This document shows, piece by piece, positions 7,501-15,249 of a stretch of 32,000 nt of DNA. Position 1 is the first letter of the stretch, and each line of letters begins with the position of its first letter. The stretch lies in NCBI RefSeq assembly GCF_039539585.1, contig NZ_BAABDK010000010.1, forward strand, positions 1 through 32,000. Reading direction: 5' to 3'. This DNA is from Hymenobacter glaciei (GTDB lineage: Bacteria > Bacteroidota > Bacteroidia > Cytophagales > Hymenobacteraceae). A program made the translations under genes and the position numbers. The notes beneath the pieces were generated by a model. The model was given only the letters and a program-made list of their open reading frames with translations. It made no database searches and was not told where the DNA came from.

Positions 7501-8497
7501 CCCAAATTACCGGTACCGGGCCGGGGAGCGTGAAGTCGACCGAATCAAAAAACATCGCTCCCGAAGCCACGTCAACTGGGTCGTTGCGGCCCGTACATTT
7601 GGTTTTTTCCGCACCTGGCGTGGTTTCGAGCTTTTGAGCACCGGCTACTTCCTCCACCCGACCGCCAATTTCATTCGCCTTGGCTTCAATTACCTTGGCC
7701 CCGAACAACACCACCAAATCGCTGGCCAGAACCAGGCCATTCGCCAGGGTAGGCTTTTTATAAAAGGCAAAGGCATCGGCCGCCGTGGCTATGCCAAACA
7801 TGGCCCCTGATGCTTCCATCAAGGCTAGTGAAGCCGGCCCGCCGGCCACGGCCGCCGCACCGCCCACGGCCCCCATTGCTGCTCCTATCAGTAGCCCGCC
7901 GGCCGCGCCTTTCACGGCCCCCATGGTGCCGCCGTGCGCGTAGCCTTCCATGCCGCCGGCTACGGCACCCACGCCACCCCCGATTACAGCTCCTGTAGCT
8001 GCAGCACCTAGCACCAGGGGCAGGGCTGCTCCGCCCGTAGCAACTACCACGACCACGGCCACCGCAATTGCCGCGAAGAAAAGCAGGCCGGCTTGTGCTT
8101 TCGCCTCTTCGGCCACCTTCTTTGCAGCGGCCTCCTGCTGGTCGTCGGCCAGGGCCTGGGTAACGGCGGCCCGGGTAAAGAAAATATCAATTTTGCCACC
8201 CAGCGTACAAGGCAAAAAGGAGTCGTCCATCAGCGGGTTCTGGGGCATGCCCATGGCCACGATTTTGGTGCTGCCCAGCAGCGGGTTTTGCCAGCGCACG
8301 GTGGCCGGCACGCACGGCGCGTGCGTGATGGCGCACAAGCCGAAAGAGGTGACGTTCACCAGGGGCAGGGCGTCGCTTTCCACGGCCCATTTCTCGTCGT
8401 AGAGGTTGGGGCCGGGGCGCATAATTTGCAGCCGGCAGGGCGTCACTCCTTTGTCACACTTCAGGAATACGTTGGCGGGAACGTGCTTCTTGCTCAT
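4193..8497 (-). CDS. rhs: T6SS Rhs-family polymorphic toxin with an N-terminal PAAR-like (DUF4280-like) domain, a Gly/Ala-rich hydrophobic region, YD/RHS repeats and a 128-aa C-terminal toxin tip
   Basis: 1434-aa ORF. N-terminus MSKKHVPANVFLKCDKGVTPCRLQIMRPGPN...FGLCAI...LPCTLGGKIDI resembles DUF4280 PAAR-like domains. Aa ~135-245 are Gly/Ala-rich hydrophobic. There are many YD repeats (RYAYDEAGHM, YTYDARGN, RYRYDAQGR, YSYDAAGR). The core ends ...FRYYDPKAGTYISQDPLRL...NWLDVLGL. The gene is compositionally chimeric: 6180-8497 is GC-rich and 4193-6179 is AT-rich. Confidence 0.9.
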   Translation of the reverse strand: MSKKHVPANVFLKCDKGVTPCRLQIMRPGPNLYDEKWAVESDALPLVNVTSFGLCAITHAPCVPATVRWQNPLLGSTKIVAMGMPQNPLMDDSFLPCTLGGKIDIFFTRAAVTQALADDQQEAAAKKVAEEAKAQAGLLFFAAIAVAVVVVVATGGAALPLVLGAAATGAVIGGGVGAVAGGMEGYAHGGTMGAVKGAAGGLLIGAAMGAVGGAAAVAGGPASLALMEASGAMFGIATAADAFAFYKKPTLANGLVLASDLVVLFGAKVIEAKANEIGGRVEEVAGAQKLETTPGAEKTKCTGRNDPVDVASGAMFFDSVDFTLPGPVPVIWERTWYSTSERKGPLGYGWHHRYDLALWPEASTGTVAMRLGDGRLAVFDAPAPENDHCSYHRGRKLELRPAPGGLDGYEVYSTIEQLTYRFVPSVAQPEQYSLTAIADGYGHAVRFDYDERGHLQRLVDSVGRPVGITTDAQGRMLTVSLPHPDGSAGSFVAVRYAYDEAGHMTQMSDAEGHTRQFHFEGNRLVRKTFAEGTSYYYEYDALGRCTRTWGDENYYNGRFVYEPGCTTLYTDDPAAVDVYYHEQGLVTTHIDPLGAQHHWRYNVYAELEAVQDPLGHTTTYTYDARGNCTAVAYPDGGQERTAFDDRDRPVQGTDAGGSAWQWAYNEAGQLAEKTDPTGATTRYRYDAQGRTVELADALGHATRLRYDGQHNLAHVVAPDESIRSRAYDALGRLVASTDALGHTQHRRYDRLGQVVALREPDGRETHLAYDAEGNVLLMRTDNLEAAFKYTAVNRLAVRHQAGQELHFAYDRQARLIGCTNEYGQRYSFGLNAAGRVVTEEGFDGLLRRYKRDATGRVVTAHRANGCITTYSYDAAGRIIEVRFDDDTSEHFTYEANGELLEARNDSTTIRFERDTLGRVVKEQQGEHTVVSNYDLRGQRTALSSSLGACFAWQHDSLGRLATVEANEKWQANLFHDACGKELQRTLSGGVRVGWQHDQLGRPTQQHVVGKGSTRQRRYQWEGLDQLAAIDDSNDLGTSRYAYDACGALIGSHYANGDQDVRLTDAVGNLFRSSTCKDRRYAAGGQLREAEGTRYHYDDEGNLVRKVTQSGDIWHYTWGPKGQLVAVILPSGYAVTFTYDALGRRVSKNYRGVTTRWVWDGSKPLHEWQQLETCNKNPAVQELATWLFEENSHALTAKLRANDNQSVVCDHLGTPMAMYDQHGNATWEAQFDAYGAIRQGKGQPQDCPFRYQGQYEDTETGLYYNRFRYYDPKAGTYISQDPLRLWGGGRLYAYVKNTQNWLDVLGLIPVYRNLRPNENPAEGLSAKNPGRGMSPAGHVRNGSNANFKGSQYISTTTDPEVAAKWRAEGQTTVTFDTNNVVPDSHGNRSIVDLTTPEKAAEAGVKGPARNYAINSQEVLVEGHVPADKITKISPC
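6180..6246. repeat. 67-bp direct repeat, proximal copy (recombination junction inside the rhs gene)
   Basis: 63/67 identical to 3235-3301. It marks the point where the rhs gene switches from GC-rich (above 6180) to AT-rich (below 6180) while the protein stays Rhs-like. Confidence 0.85.
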
Positions 8498-8499
8498 GG

Positions 8500-9363
8500 T
8501 CAGGCGGGCTGTTGTACCACGACGTCGTGGATGGTCGAATTGTGGTAGATGCCGGCTACCTCGGCGCGCAGCACTTGTTGCGCATGTAGCAGCGCGCCAG
8601 AAGCCGCGTCGAACGTGTGGGCCCCGGTGCAGTCAATTTCCAGGTCCACCGGAAATTTGAAGTCGTCGACCAGGTCCCGAATCATGCGGCGGAAGTCCTC
8701 GTGCGCAAATGCTGCGTCGTCGAGCGCGCCGGTAGTCGTCACGTGTAGGTTGGCCGGGCCAGTAGGGGCTCCTGCGGCCGGAAGGCCTTGCTGGCTGGTC
8801 AGCAGCAAGGGCAAATCGAGCGTGTTGAAGAACCCGGTTATGCGCCGGCTCGTGAGCACAGCCGGCTCCTGCGGGCCATACGCATACCCGTAGAGGCCTG
8901 GCAGCAGCGCGCCCAGTACACCCTTGTAGCGCAGGTTGGGCTCGAGGCTGCCCGGAATGGCCAGCTGCTGGCCAAAAGCCTCAAAGAAGGGTTTTACTTC
9001 GGGCTGAGCCTCGTATTTCTTCAGTAGCGGCTGGCGTAGCAGCTCCCACTCAGCTAGCACCTGTTCCTGGTTTTCGACCCGCAGCAGGTTCCCGTGCAGG
9101 TCGGTTTGCACCAGCAGCCGGCGGCTGGCCTGGTTCACATCGGCTACCACCCGGCTCATCAGGTCATCGGCCTTCTGCATGGTGTGCTGCACATTGATTT
9201 CGAGCAAATAGCCAAGCCCCTGCGCGGGGTGCAACTGCTGTTCGACAACGTACAGCAGTTCGTTTTCAAATTTTCGCTCTCCCACCTGAATAGCGGTGGT
9301 GGTACGCAACTGGTAGCGTAGCGGGGCCGAGTGATTCTGGGCCAGTAACAACGGTTTGGACAT
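8500..9363 (-). CDS. Hypothetical 287-aa protein between vgrG and rhs; candidate effector adaptor/chaperone
   Basis: ATG ORF with host-like GC. Its stop at 8500-8502 lies 2 nt before the rhs start codon at 8495-8497, and it starts 56 nt after the vgrG stop. No TM segment, signal peptide or recognisable domain. The call is positional only. Confidence 0.35.
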   Translation of the reverse strand: MSKPLLLAQNHSAPLRYQLRTTTAIQVGERKFENELLYVVEQQLHPAQGLGYLLEINVQHTMQKADDLMSRVVADVNQASRRLLVQTDLHGNLLRVENQEQVLAEWELLRQPLLKKYEAQPEVKPFFEAFGQQLAIPGSLEPNLRYKGVLGALLPGLYGYAYGPQEPAVLTSRRITGFFNTLDLPLLLTSQQGLPAAGAPTGPANLHVTTTGALDDAAFAHEDFRRMIRDLVDDFKFPVDLEIDCTGAHTFDAASGALLHAQQVLRAEVAGIYHNSTIHDVVVQQPA

Positions 9364-9419
9364 GGGGAAACTAGGGGCAAGTGAACAACGAGGAGAAAGC
9401 TGGCGCAGCCGCGTTTCGC

Positions 9420-11231
9420 TTAGTGAACCTTGGTGTCGCTTGATTGCAGCGTCGCCTTCGAGCCGCCGTGCAGGGCCAGTTCGGTATTTGACTGGACTGT
9501 GGCTTTGGATGTGCCCACAACCAGTACCTCCTTCGCCGTGAGGGACATTTTATCCTTCGCAGCATCCACAGATACGCCCTTGTTTTTGGCGGCAATTTTC
9601 ACATCGTCCTCGGCCACCATGGTGATGGTCTTGGCGTGCATCTTAATCTCGCCTTTCTCGCCTGCCTCGAGCGTAATGACTGAGCCGTTGACCGTGACCG
9701 GCCCCTTGCTGTGGATGTGCACGCTGCCATCGCCCTTAAAGCTGACCGACACCGCCGTGTCCTTGTTGTTGGAGTTGGAAAGCAAAATCGTCTGCTCGCC
9801 CTTCTTATCCGACATCACCACCTTGTTGCCGCCGGCCGTTTGCATGCCTTTGAGGTGGTTGTCGGGCGTGCTGTACTTGGCGCCCTGTTTGTTCTGCGGG
9901 TGAAACAAGTTGCCGAGCACCACGGGGAAATCGGCCAAGCCGTGCTCGTAGCCCACGAGTACCTGCGAGCCTTTTTCGGGCGTGAACATCTGGCCTTTGC
10001 CGTCGCCTGAATAGGGCGTACTCACGCGCACCCAGCCGGTTTCGGCGTCGGCGGGTTTTGCTACCGGCCAGTAATAGCGCACCCGGATGCGGCCTAGGTG
10101 GCGTGGGTCGGCCAAGTCAATTACCTCGGCGAGCTCGGGCTGCGCATCCGAAGCAGGGTAGAGTGGGTTGGCCGGTGCGGCGGGGGCCGCGTCGGGCATG
10201 GCCTCAAAGTGGTTGCTGTAGTTACCATCCCCATCCACTTCGTGGCGCACGGCTAGCACCCGAAATTTGCCGTAGGCAGCGCCCGCGGCGTCCTGCACGT
10301 CGAGCACGCTGCCCGGTACCATATCGAAGGTTTCCCCGCTGCCTTCCAGGCTCACCTGGTTGCCAGCCCGCTTAGCAGCCAGCCCATCGATGGCGCGCTG
10401 CAACTGGGCCTGGTCGTTCAGCTGGGTGCCGGCCTGCAGCCGGTGCGGCTGCGAGAATAGCTCGTCGGACTTTTGCACTGCAAACTGGCCAAACGGGTGC
10501 CCCGCCGTGGGTGCCGCCGCCTTTGTTTTTAGGGGCTGGTGGGTGCGGTAGTTGTAGTGTGCGCCTTCGGCCTTGCCCGGCTGCAGGTGCATCGAGAGCG
10601 TGAATACCTGCGCACTGCTGCTCTTGAATGAAATGGATTTGCCCGCGCCCTGGCCCAGCCGCAAGGTGGTGCCGTCGTAGTACAGCCACTCGCCCTGCTG
10701 CGCCGCCAGCCGACTCAGGAAGTTGAAGTTGGTTTCGTTGTACTGCACCACGTACGGCAGTACATCCTGGCTTTGGGCCTTGAGCTGCTTTTGCAGCGGG
10801 TTGCCGGGATAATCGCCCAGCACCTGCGTGAAAATGGCCTGCAGTGACTTCTTCACAAACGTGCGGCTCTGCGTACCGTCTTCCAGCAGAAAGGTGGGGC
10901 TATAGCCACTCACGTGGTAATAGTTCACCAAGTCGGCATCGGTTTGGATGCTAACGTGCGTGATAATGCCCTTGAACTCGAACGAGCGGCCGCCGTTGTC
11001 CGGCATGTTACTCGTCCAGCCAATGGTGATGTTCTTGCCGCTTAGCTTCTGGTGGGCCTGAGTAAACAGGGTTTCTGGCTTGAGACCAAGGGCCTTACCT
11101 AGGGCCTCGAACGAAAAGTCGAGTGCGAACGAATGGTGCGTGAGCACGTGCTGGCTTAGCGTGAGCTTGTTGTAGTCGGCAAGGGTAGTGCCACCATCAA
11201 CATGCACGCTAACGTTTACTGGATAGGACAT
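9420..11231 (-). CDS. vgrG: T6SS spike protein VgrG (TssI)
   Basis: 603 aa with gp27/gp5-like layout typical of Bacteroidota VgrG. The N-terminal region is MSYPVNVSVHVDGG...YNKLTLSQHVLTHHSFALDF. It has the RIRVRYYWP motif and a C-terminal beta-helix-like repeat region (KVVMSDKKGEQTILLSN...VHIHSKGPVTVNGSVITLEAGEKGEIKMHAKTITMVAEDDVKI). Confidence 0.9.
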   Translation of the reverse strand: MSYPVNVSVHVDGGTTLADYNKLTLSQHVLTHHSFALDFSFEALGKALGLKPETLFTQAHQKLSGKNITIGWTSNMPDNGGRSFEFKGIITHVSIQTDADLVNYYHVSGYSPTFLLEDGTQSRTFVKKSLQAIFTQVLGDYPGNPLQKQLKAQSQDVLPYVVQYNETNFNFLSRLAAQQGEWLYYDGTTLRLGQGAGKSISFKSSSAQVFTLSMHLQPGKAEGAHYNYRTHQPLKTKAAAPTAGHPFGQFAVQKSDELFSQPHRLQAGTQLNDQAQLQRAIDGLAAKRAGNQVSLEGSGETFDMVPGSVLDVQDAAGAAYGKFRVLAVRHEVDGDGNYSNHFEAMPDAAPAAPANPLYPASDAQPELAEVIDLADPRHLGRIRVRYYWPVAKPADAETGWVRVSTPYSGDGKGQMFTPEKGSQVLVGYEHGLADFPVVLGNLFHPQNKQGAKYSTPDNHLKGMQTAGGNKVVMSDKKGEQTILLSNSNNKDTAVSVSFKGDGSVHIHSKGPVTVNGSVITLEAGEKGEIKMHAKTITMVAEDDVKIAAKNKGVSVDAAKDKMSLTAKEVLVVGTSKATVQSNTELALHGGSKATLQSSDTKVH

Positions 11232-11356
11232 GCAGTAAGGGAAGAGTGGAAAGAGGAAGCGTAAAAGTAACCGATTTAACTAAACTTCGCCAGCGAGTGC
11301 TTTCGGAAGTTCCTGCATGAGGCTTTTCACCGGTTTTCATCCACTGTGCGCCGGTG

Positions 11357-11556
11357 CTTTTCCGTACTGTGCTGTACCTTGCCCCCGAACCAACCTTCCT
11401 TTCCATGAATCCAGGTTTTCAAGAAGGGCGTCGGCCGCGGGCCAACGCCGTGGCTTCGTTGGCCCATACCGGCCACGCGAGCCCCTGAGCCGCCGGCCTA
11501 GCATCGGCGCGGTAGCGCACGCGCCCAGCCTTACTGGGCGGCCGGGACCGCGGCCG
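11357..11556 (+). repeat. Conserved leader, copy A (upstream of module A); 88-bp core at 11388-11475 identical to 13482-13569
   Basis: Direct comparison with 13451-13639 shows the core is 88/88 identical, with recognisable but mismatched flanks. A 1-nt indel (agcccct vs agccccct) changes the reading frame between copies, arguing that it is non-coding. It contains a perfect 9-bp hairpin, gggccaacg-ccgtggctt-cgttggccc, at 11439-11465. Confidence 0.8.
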
Positions 11557-12702
11557 ATGTCGGCCCGTCAAACTACCGCTGTTAACCAATGGAATGCCGC
11601 GACAAAGCGCGTGGTAGCCCAGTTCTTGCGGGATGCGCAAAACACGTCGCGCCAGCGTGCGTTCAACCGTGAAAACGCTGCTGCCGAAGCAGAGTGGTCG
11701 GACCGAGCTACCAAACGCGCGTGGGAAAGCAAGCTTTTTCCCAGCTATGACCCCCGTGGGGGCAATGCGTACGGCGTTGACGTGGCGGATACCGGTGGTT
11801 GGGCCACCGGTTATCACGGACACAAATTCGGAGAAATGTGGGTGTACATCCGCGTGAAGGGACACCACAATACGCTGGAATACGCCGTGCTGAACCCCCA
11901 GACCGGTAACCTGTTCGTGTTTACACCGGAGGCTGCTTTGGCTCCCCCAAACCGGGTTTACATGTCGGAGGCTGACCAAGTGCGGAGTACGGCATCGGGT
12001 ACGGGGGTAGCAGGAGGCTACCTTGAAAAAGGCTTTATGGGCCTCTCAGTAGGCATAATGGCCGCTCCGCTCGTGCTTGCCGCTTCAGAAACAGCCGTTG
12101 GCGGAATAGTTATCACGGGCTTCCGCACCCTGGGAATGCAAATGGTCAAGCAATTCACTTGGAGTACGTTCCGGCAAAAGGTTTTTACCGACCTCTTTGT
12201 GCAAAGCGCAGCAGGCACTCTGAAGAACGGAGCCGATTGGAAAAAAACAGCAGGCGAAATCAACTTGACTGCACCTCTTGTTGCGTGGCTCTTGCCAGGC
12301 TCAACGTGGTCCGCTGCTGCCCGTAATAGCATAGTCAAGGCTACCTTGAAAGCCAATACGACCATTGATGAGGAAAACAACATTAGCTTCAGGGTGCAGT
12401 TGCCTCACCTGGATTCCATGGAAGGGTTTGCTAAATATTTGACTGACATCGGTACTGATGCCGTGGCTACCATGGCTAAGGCCAAATTAGTAACCGGTGC
12501 CATACCAGCCGCACGCTGGGCTTCGCAAGCCATGCAGCGCACAGGCACTGCTGCCGGCCGTTGGATTGCTGCGCAGCGAGTAACCCTAGGAACGTGGGGC
12601 ACCATCGGCACAAGCGTGGTGAGCAAAGTGGCCAAAGACCAGGAAAAGAAGCGAATGACAGACCGCGTTGAGAAGCCTTCCCCCGCTCATCCGCGCCAAT
12701 GA
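11557..12702 (+). CDS. Module A gene 1: hypothetical ~381-aa protein with a soluble N-terminal region and a hydrophobic Gly/Ala-rich C-terminal part; candidate T6SS cargo effector
   Basis: I trimmed ORF 11317..12702 to the ATG at 11557 (MSARQTTAVNQW...) because the upstream extension lies in the non-coding conserved leader. It is a paralogue of 13640..14809, sharing the block ASGTGVAGGYLEKGFMGLSVGI vs AAGTGVVGGYMEKGFLGVSAGM and the N-terminal MSA(R/Q)Q. No family recognised. Confidence 0.6.
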   Translation: MSARQTTAVNQWNAATKRVVAQFLRDAQNTSRQRAFNRENAAAEAEWSDRATKRAWESKLFPSYDPRGGNAYGVDVADTGGWATGYHGHKFGEMWVYIRVKGHHNTLEYAVLNPQTGNLFVFTPEAALAPPNRVYMSEADQVRSTASGTGVAGGYLEKGFMGLSVGIMAAPLVLAASETAVGGIVITGFRTLGMQMVKQFTWSTFRQKVFTDLFVQSAAGTLKNGADWKKTAGEINLTAPLVAWLLPGSTWSAAARNSIVKATLKANTTIDEENNISFRVQLPHLDSMEGFAKYLTDIGTDAVATMAKAKLVTGAIPAARWASQAMQRTGTAAGRWIAAQRVTLGTWGTIGTSVVSKVAKDQEKKRMTDRVEKPSPAHPRQ

Positions 12703-13220
12703 AACTGCCCACGATGCGGATAAAAAGCTTGCTGCTCACGATTGGGCTGTTGGGATTTGTGGGCGTCTATGCCTACTATCTCTATCGTACCCGTGAAGGG
12801 CTCATGCACCGGGGCAAGTACACCATTGGGTATGTGACAGGGGCTGCGCTAACGGTCGGTAGCGGTTGGACCCTCGAGTACCGCTTCGAAGTGAACGGCG
12901 AAACTTATACCGGCTCACGCAGAGAGGAGAGCAAGACAAATACTGCTGTCGGGGCTCGCTATCTGGTAAAATACGATAGCCTTTCTCCGGACTGGCACCA
13001 AGTGTACTACGAAGCATCGGTGCCGGACAGCATTCGGCAGGCCCCACGCAATGGTTGGCGCCACCGTCCCTGGCCCGACCCGGCGCATCCCGAGGCTTCC
13101 GCCCCGCAACCAGCGGCCCGGCCGGCGCGCAGTTCGGCCGAGGCGGCCATGTGGCGCGAGATGGACGCAACCCAAGCGTCGGCCGATTCGCTTGAGGCCC
13201 GCGCGCGCCGCGCGCCGTGA
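12699..13220 (+). CDS. Module A gene 2: small protein with an N-terminal TM anchor (DUF3592-like appearance); candidate immunity protein
   Basis: Its ATG overlaps the gene 1 stop (ATGA at 12699-12702). It has a TM helix (SLLLTIGLLGFVGVYAYYLY). It is a paralogue of 14806..15249, sharing RGKYTIGYVTG / RARYTIGYITG, YRFEVNGETY / YRFAVKGKEY, GARYLVKYDSLSPD / GARFLVEYDSLDPE and SVPDSI. Confidence 0.6.
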   Translation: MKLPTMRIKSLLLTIGLLGFVGVYAYYLYRTREGLMHRGKYTIGYVTGAALTVGSGWTLEYRFEVNGETYTGSRREESKTNTAVGARYLVKYDSLSPDWHQVYYEASVPDSIRQAPRNGWRHRPWPDPAHPEASAPQPAARPARSSAEAAMWREMDATQASADSLEARARRAP

Positions 13221-13450
13221 GTGACTGCGGCGGACTTTGCAAGCACCAGTAGAACCCAATCAATTTTCATTCTCAACCGCACCAGAAGGCATGTAAGATG
13301 GCTGCTAGAGCAAGCTGCGGTTTATCAGCATAGTTGCTGGGCACCGAGCCGTAGCCACGGGTTAATGACCGGGCAAGGCGTCCAGACAGAGGGTAGAGAA
13401 GAGCTTCTAGGGCTACGGGCAGTCCCATCGAGCTGCCGTACGGTGGAATT

Positions 13451-13639
13451 CTTTCCAGTACTATGCAGTAACTTGCCCCAAAACCAACCTTCCTTTCCAT
13501 GAATCCAGGTTTTCAAGAAGGGCGTCGGCCGCGGGCCAACGCCGTGGCTTCGTTGGCCCATACCGGCCATACAAGCCCCCTAAGCCGCCGGCCCAGCATC
13601 GGGACGGTAGCGCACGCGCACAGGCCAGGACCCCAGCCC
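13451..13639 (+). repeat. Conserved leader, copy B (upstream of module B)
   Basis: See copy A. The identical core is 13482-13569 and the hairpin is 13533-13559. Confidence 0.8.
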
Positions 13640-14809
13640 ATGTCAGCTCAGCAGGTTGCGAGCATAAATGCTGCCCACAGCAATACAAAGCGCGCAGTAA
13701 ACCAAGTTGTTCAACTCACGAAAGAAGAAGCTTGGCGCCTGAACTCTGATGCTCGGCTGCGCCAGCAAATGGAGCGCCTGCCTTACTCAGCGTACGACGC
13801 TAATACAGTTGACCCCAGTGCTAAAAAGGATGTGGTTGACGAACATGATAATCCGCTAGGGCAGGAGCGTTATGTGATAGGGCATCTTTGGGTGTTTGCC
13901 AGCACGCTCAATGATGCATTTGGCACACGCAAGTACTGGGTATACAATACCAAAACCCAGGTATTGGTGTCGTTCGAGCCAGAACATGGCATAGCAGCCA
14001 AAAACCGGACGTATATGCCGGCAAACGCCCAGTTTAGGAACATGGCTGCCGGCACGGGCGTGGTGGGGGGCTATATGGAAAAAGGATTTCTGGGCGTAAG
14101 TGCGGGCATGCTCACCGGAGGTCTGATTTACGAGATAGGTGGCGTTGCAGTGGTAGGCACTGCTATCCGCGCCTATCTAGTGAAAACCGCTAAAGGTGCC
14201 GGCACACGGATATTGGTTGATTTGACTACGCAGTTTGGCGTCGGTGCGGTAACCGGCAAAGGCTCATGGAGTCAACGCGCGCAAGCGTCTTTCATGGACA
14301 TAAACTGGGTTTCGGCGCTTGGAGCAGCAGCAGTAAATACTGAGGGTTTGCGCTGGCATGCCAAGTTACTGGCTGCTTTTGGTACTTCTGTTGGGTCCAA
14401 TGCTTATTCCTTCAAATTCAACAATGAGGAAAAATACCATAGCCCGGGGCATATGGTAAATATAAACGATGCCAAGGAAAGCAAAGATTTTGTCATCAAT
14501 GTTATTTTAGGCACCGTGTTCGACCAAGCCAAGGAATATGGCGCCCCGTGGCTCGAAAAGGTAATGCGCAGCACCCCCAACACGATGGGCATGTTAACGG
14601 CATTGAAACACCGCCGGGTGGTGCCGCGCTTAAGTGCCAGCAAAGTTGACCAAAGTATGGTGGCAGTTCTTAGCTATCACATGGGCGGGGCCATGGAAAC
14701 CATCAAAAAAGGAGTTGAAAACTACTTTGCCGACAAGCAAGAGCAACAGGAGGCGGCCAAAAAAGCGGCGCTGCGGAAAAAAACAGCTGCGCGGCCGAGT
14801 AAGCCATGA
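13640..14809 (+). CDS. Module B gene 1: hypothetical ~389-aa paralogue of 11557..12702; candidate T6SS cargo effector
   Basis: I trimmed ORF 13499..14809 to the ATG at 13640 (MSAQQVASINAAH...) by analogy with copy A. It has the same conserved hydrophobic block and a lower GC than the T6SS core genes. Confidence 0.6.
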   Translation: MSAQQVASINAAHSNTKRAVNQVVQLTKEEAWRLNSDARLRQQMERLPYSAYDANTVDPSAKKDVVDEHDNPLGQERYVIGHLWVFASTLNDAFGTRKYWVYNTKTQVLVSFEPEHGIAAKNRTYMPANAQFRNMAAGTGVVGGYMEKGFLGVSAGMLTGGLIYEIGGVAVVGTAIRAYLVKTAKGAGTRILVDLTTQFGVGAVTGKGSWSQRAQASFMDINWVSALGAAAVNTEGLRWHAKLLAAFGTSVGSNAYSFKFNNEEKYHSPGHMVNINDAKESKDFVINVILGTVFDQAKEYGAPWLEKVMRSTPNTMGMLTALKHRRVVPRLSASKVDQSMVAVLSYHMGGAMETIKKGVENYFADKQEQQEAAKKAALRKKTAARPSKP

Positions 14810-15249
14810 GTCGTTTTTTTACCTGGGCTCGTAAATATTTAGTGTATCTGGTCATCGGCATTTGCTTGGCTGGCGGGTGGTATGGCATGCGGGCCAAGCA
14901 AACGATGCATACCCGGGCCCGTTATACCATTGGATACATCACTGGCGGGATATACCGACCCAAAAGTGGCAAAAGCTATAGCTACCGCTTTGCGGTAAAG
15001 GGCAAAGAATATGAGGCTACCGATATCAGCGAGGCTGGAATGGAAACGGAGAACGGCGCACGATTTCTGGTCGAATACGATAGCCTAGACCCGGAGGTAA
15101 GTACTGGGCATTTTACCGTTTCTGTGCCTGATAGTATAGCTGCTAGCCCACCCAGTGGCTGGATTATTCCCCCTTTCCCTAATAAGGCCATAGGCCATCC
15201 GATGAGGCTAAGCCAGCCGAGTGGACATCTTTTCCGGATAATTTTATGA
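14806..15249 (+). CDS. Module B gene 2: small TM-anchored paralogue of 12699..13220; candidate immunity protein
   Basis: ATGA start/stop overlap with gene 1 (14806-14809). TM helix YLVYLVIGICLAGGWYGM. The conserved motifs are listed under 12699..13220. Confidence 0.6.
   Translation: MSRFFTWARKYLVYLVIGICLAGGWYGMRAKQTMHTRARYTIGYITGGIYRPKSGKSYSYRFAVKGKEYEATDISEAGMETENGARFLVEYDSLDPEVSTGHFTVSVPDSIAASPPSGWIIPPFPNKAIGHPMRLSQPSGHLFRIIL

Noticed and set aside
11448-11480. Possible pseudoknot between the hairpin loop (CGUGGC) and the downstream GCCACG in leader copy A.
   Set aside because: The downstream partner is GCCAUA in copy B, so the pairing is not conserved between the two copies.
11317-11556. 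N-terminal extensions of the two module gene-1 ORFs (11317..11556 and 13499..13639) as coding sequence.
   Set aside because: The two copies are nearly identical at the nucleotide level here but are read in different frames because of a 1-nt indel. The shared ATG is in frame only in copy B. The implied peptides are Arg/Pro/Gly-rich. Both proteins have a matching MSA(R/Q)Q start further downstream.
13349-13418. 8-bp long-range pairing (ccgtagcc ... ggctacgg) in the spacer upstream of leader B, considered as a possible structured RNA or riboswitch.
   Set aside because: It is a single copy with no second sequence for covariation. It does not resemble any riboswitch, RNase P, SRP, tmRNA or 6S consensus I can recall. 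An 8-bp match is not remarkable in GC-rich DNA.
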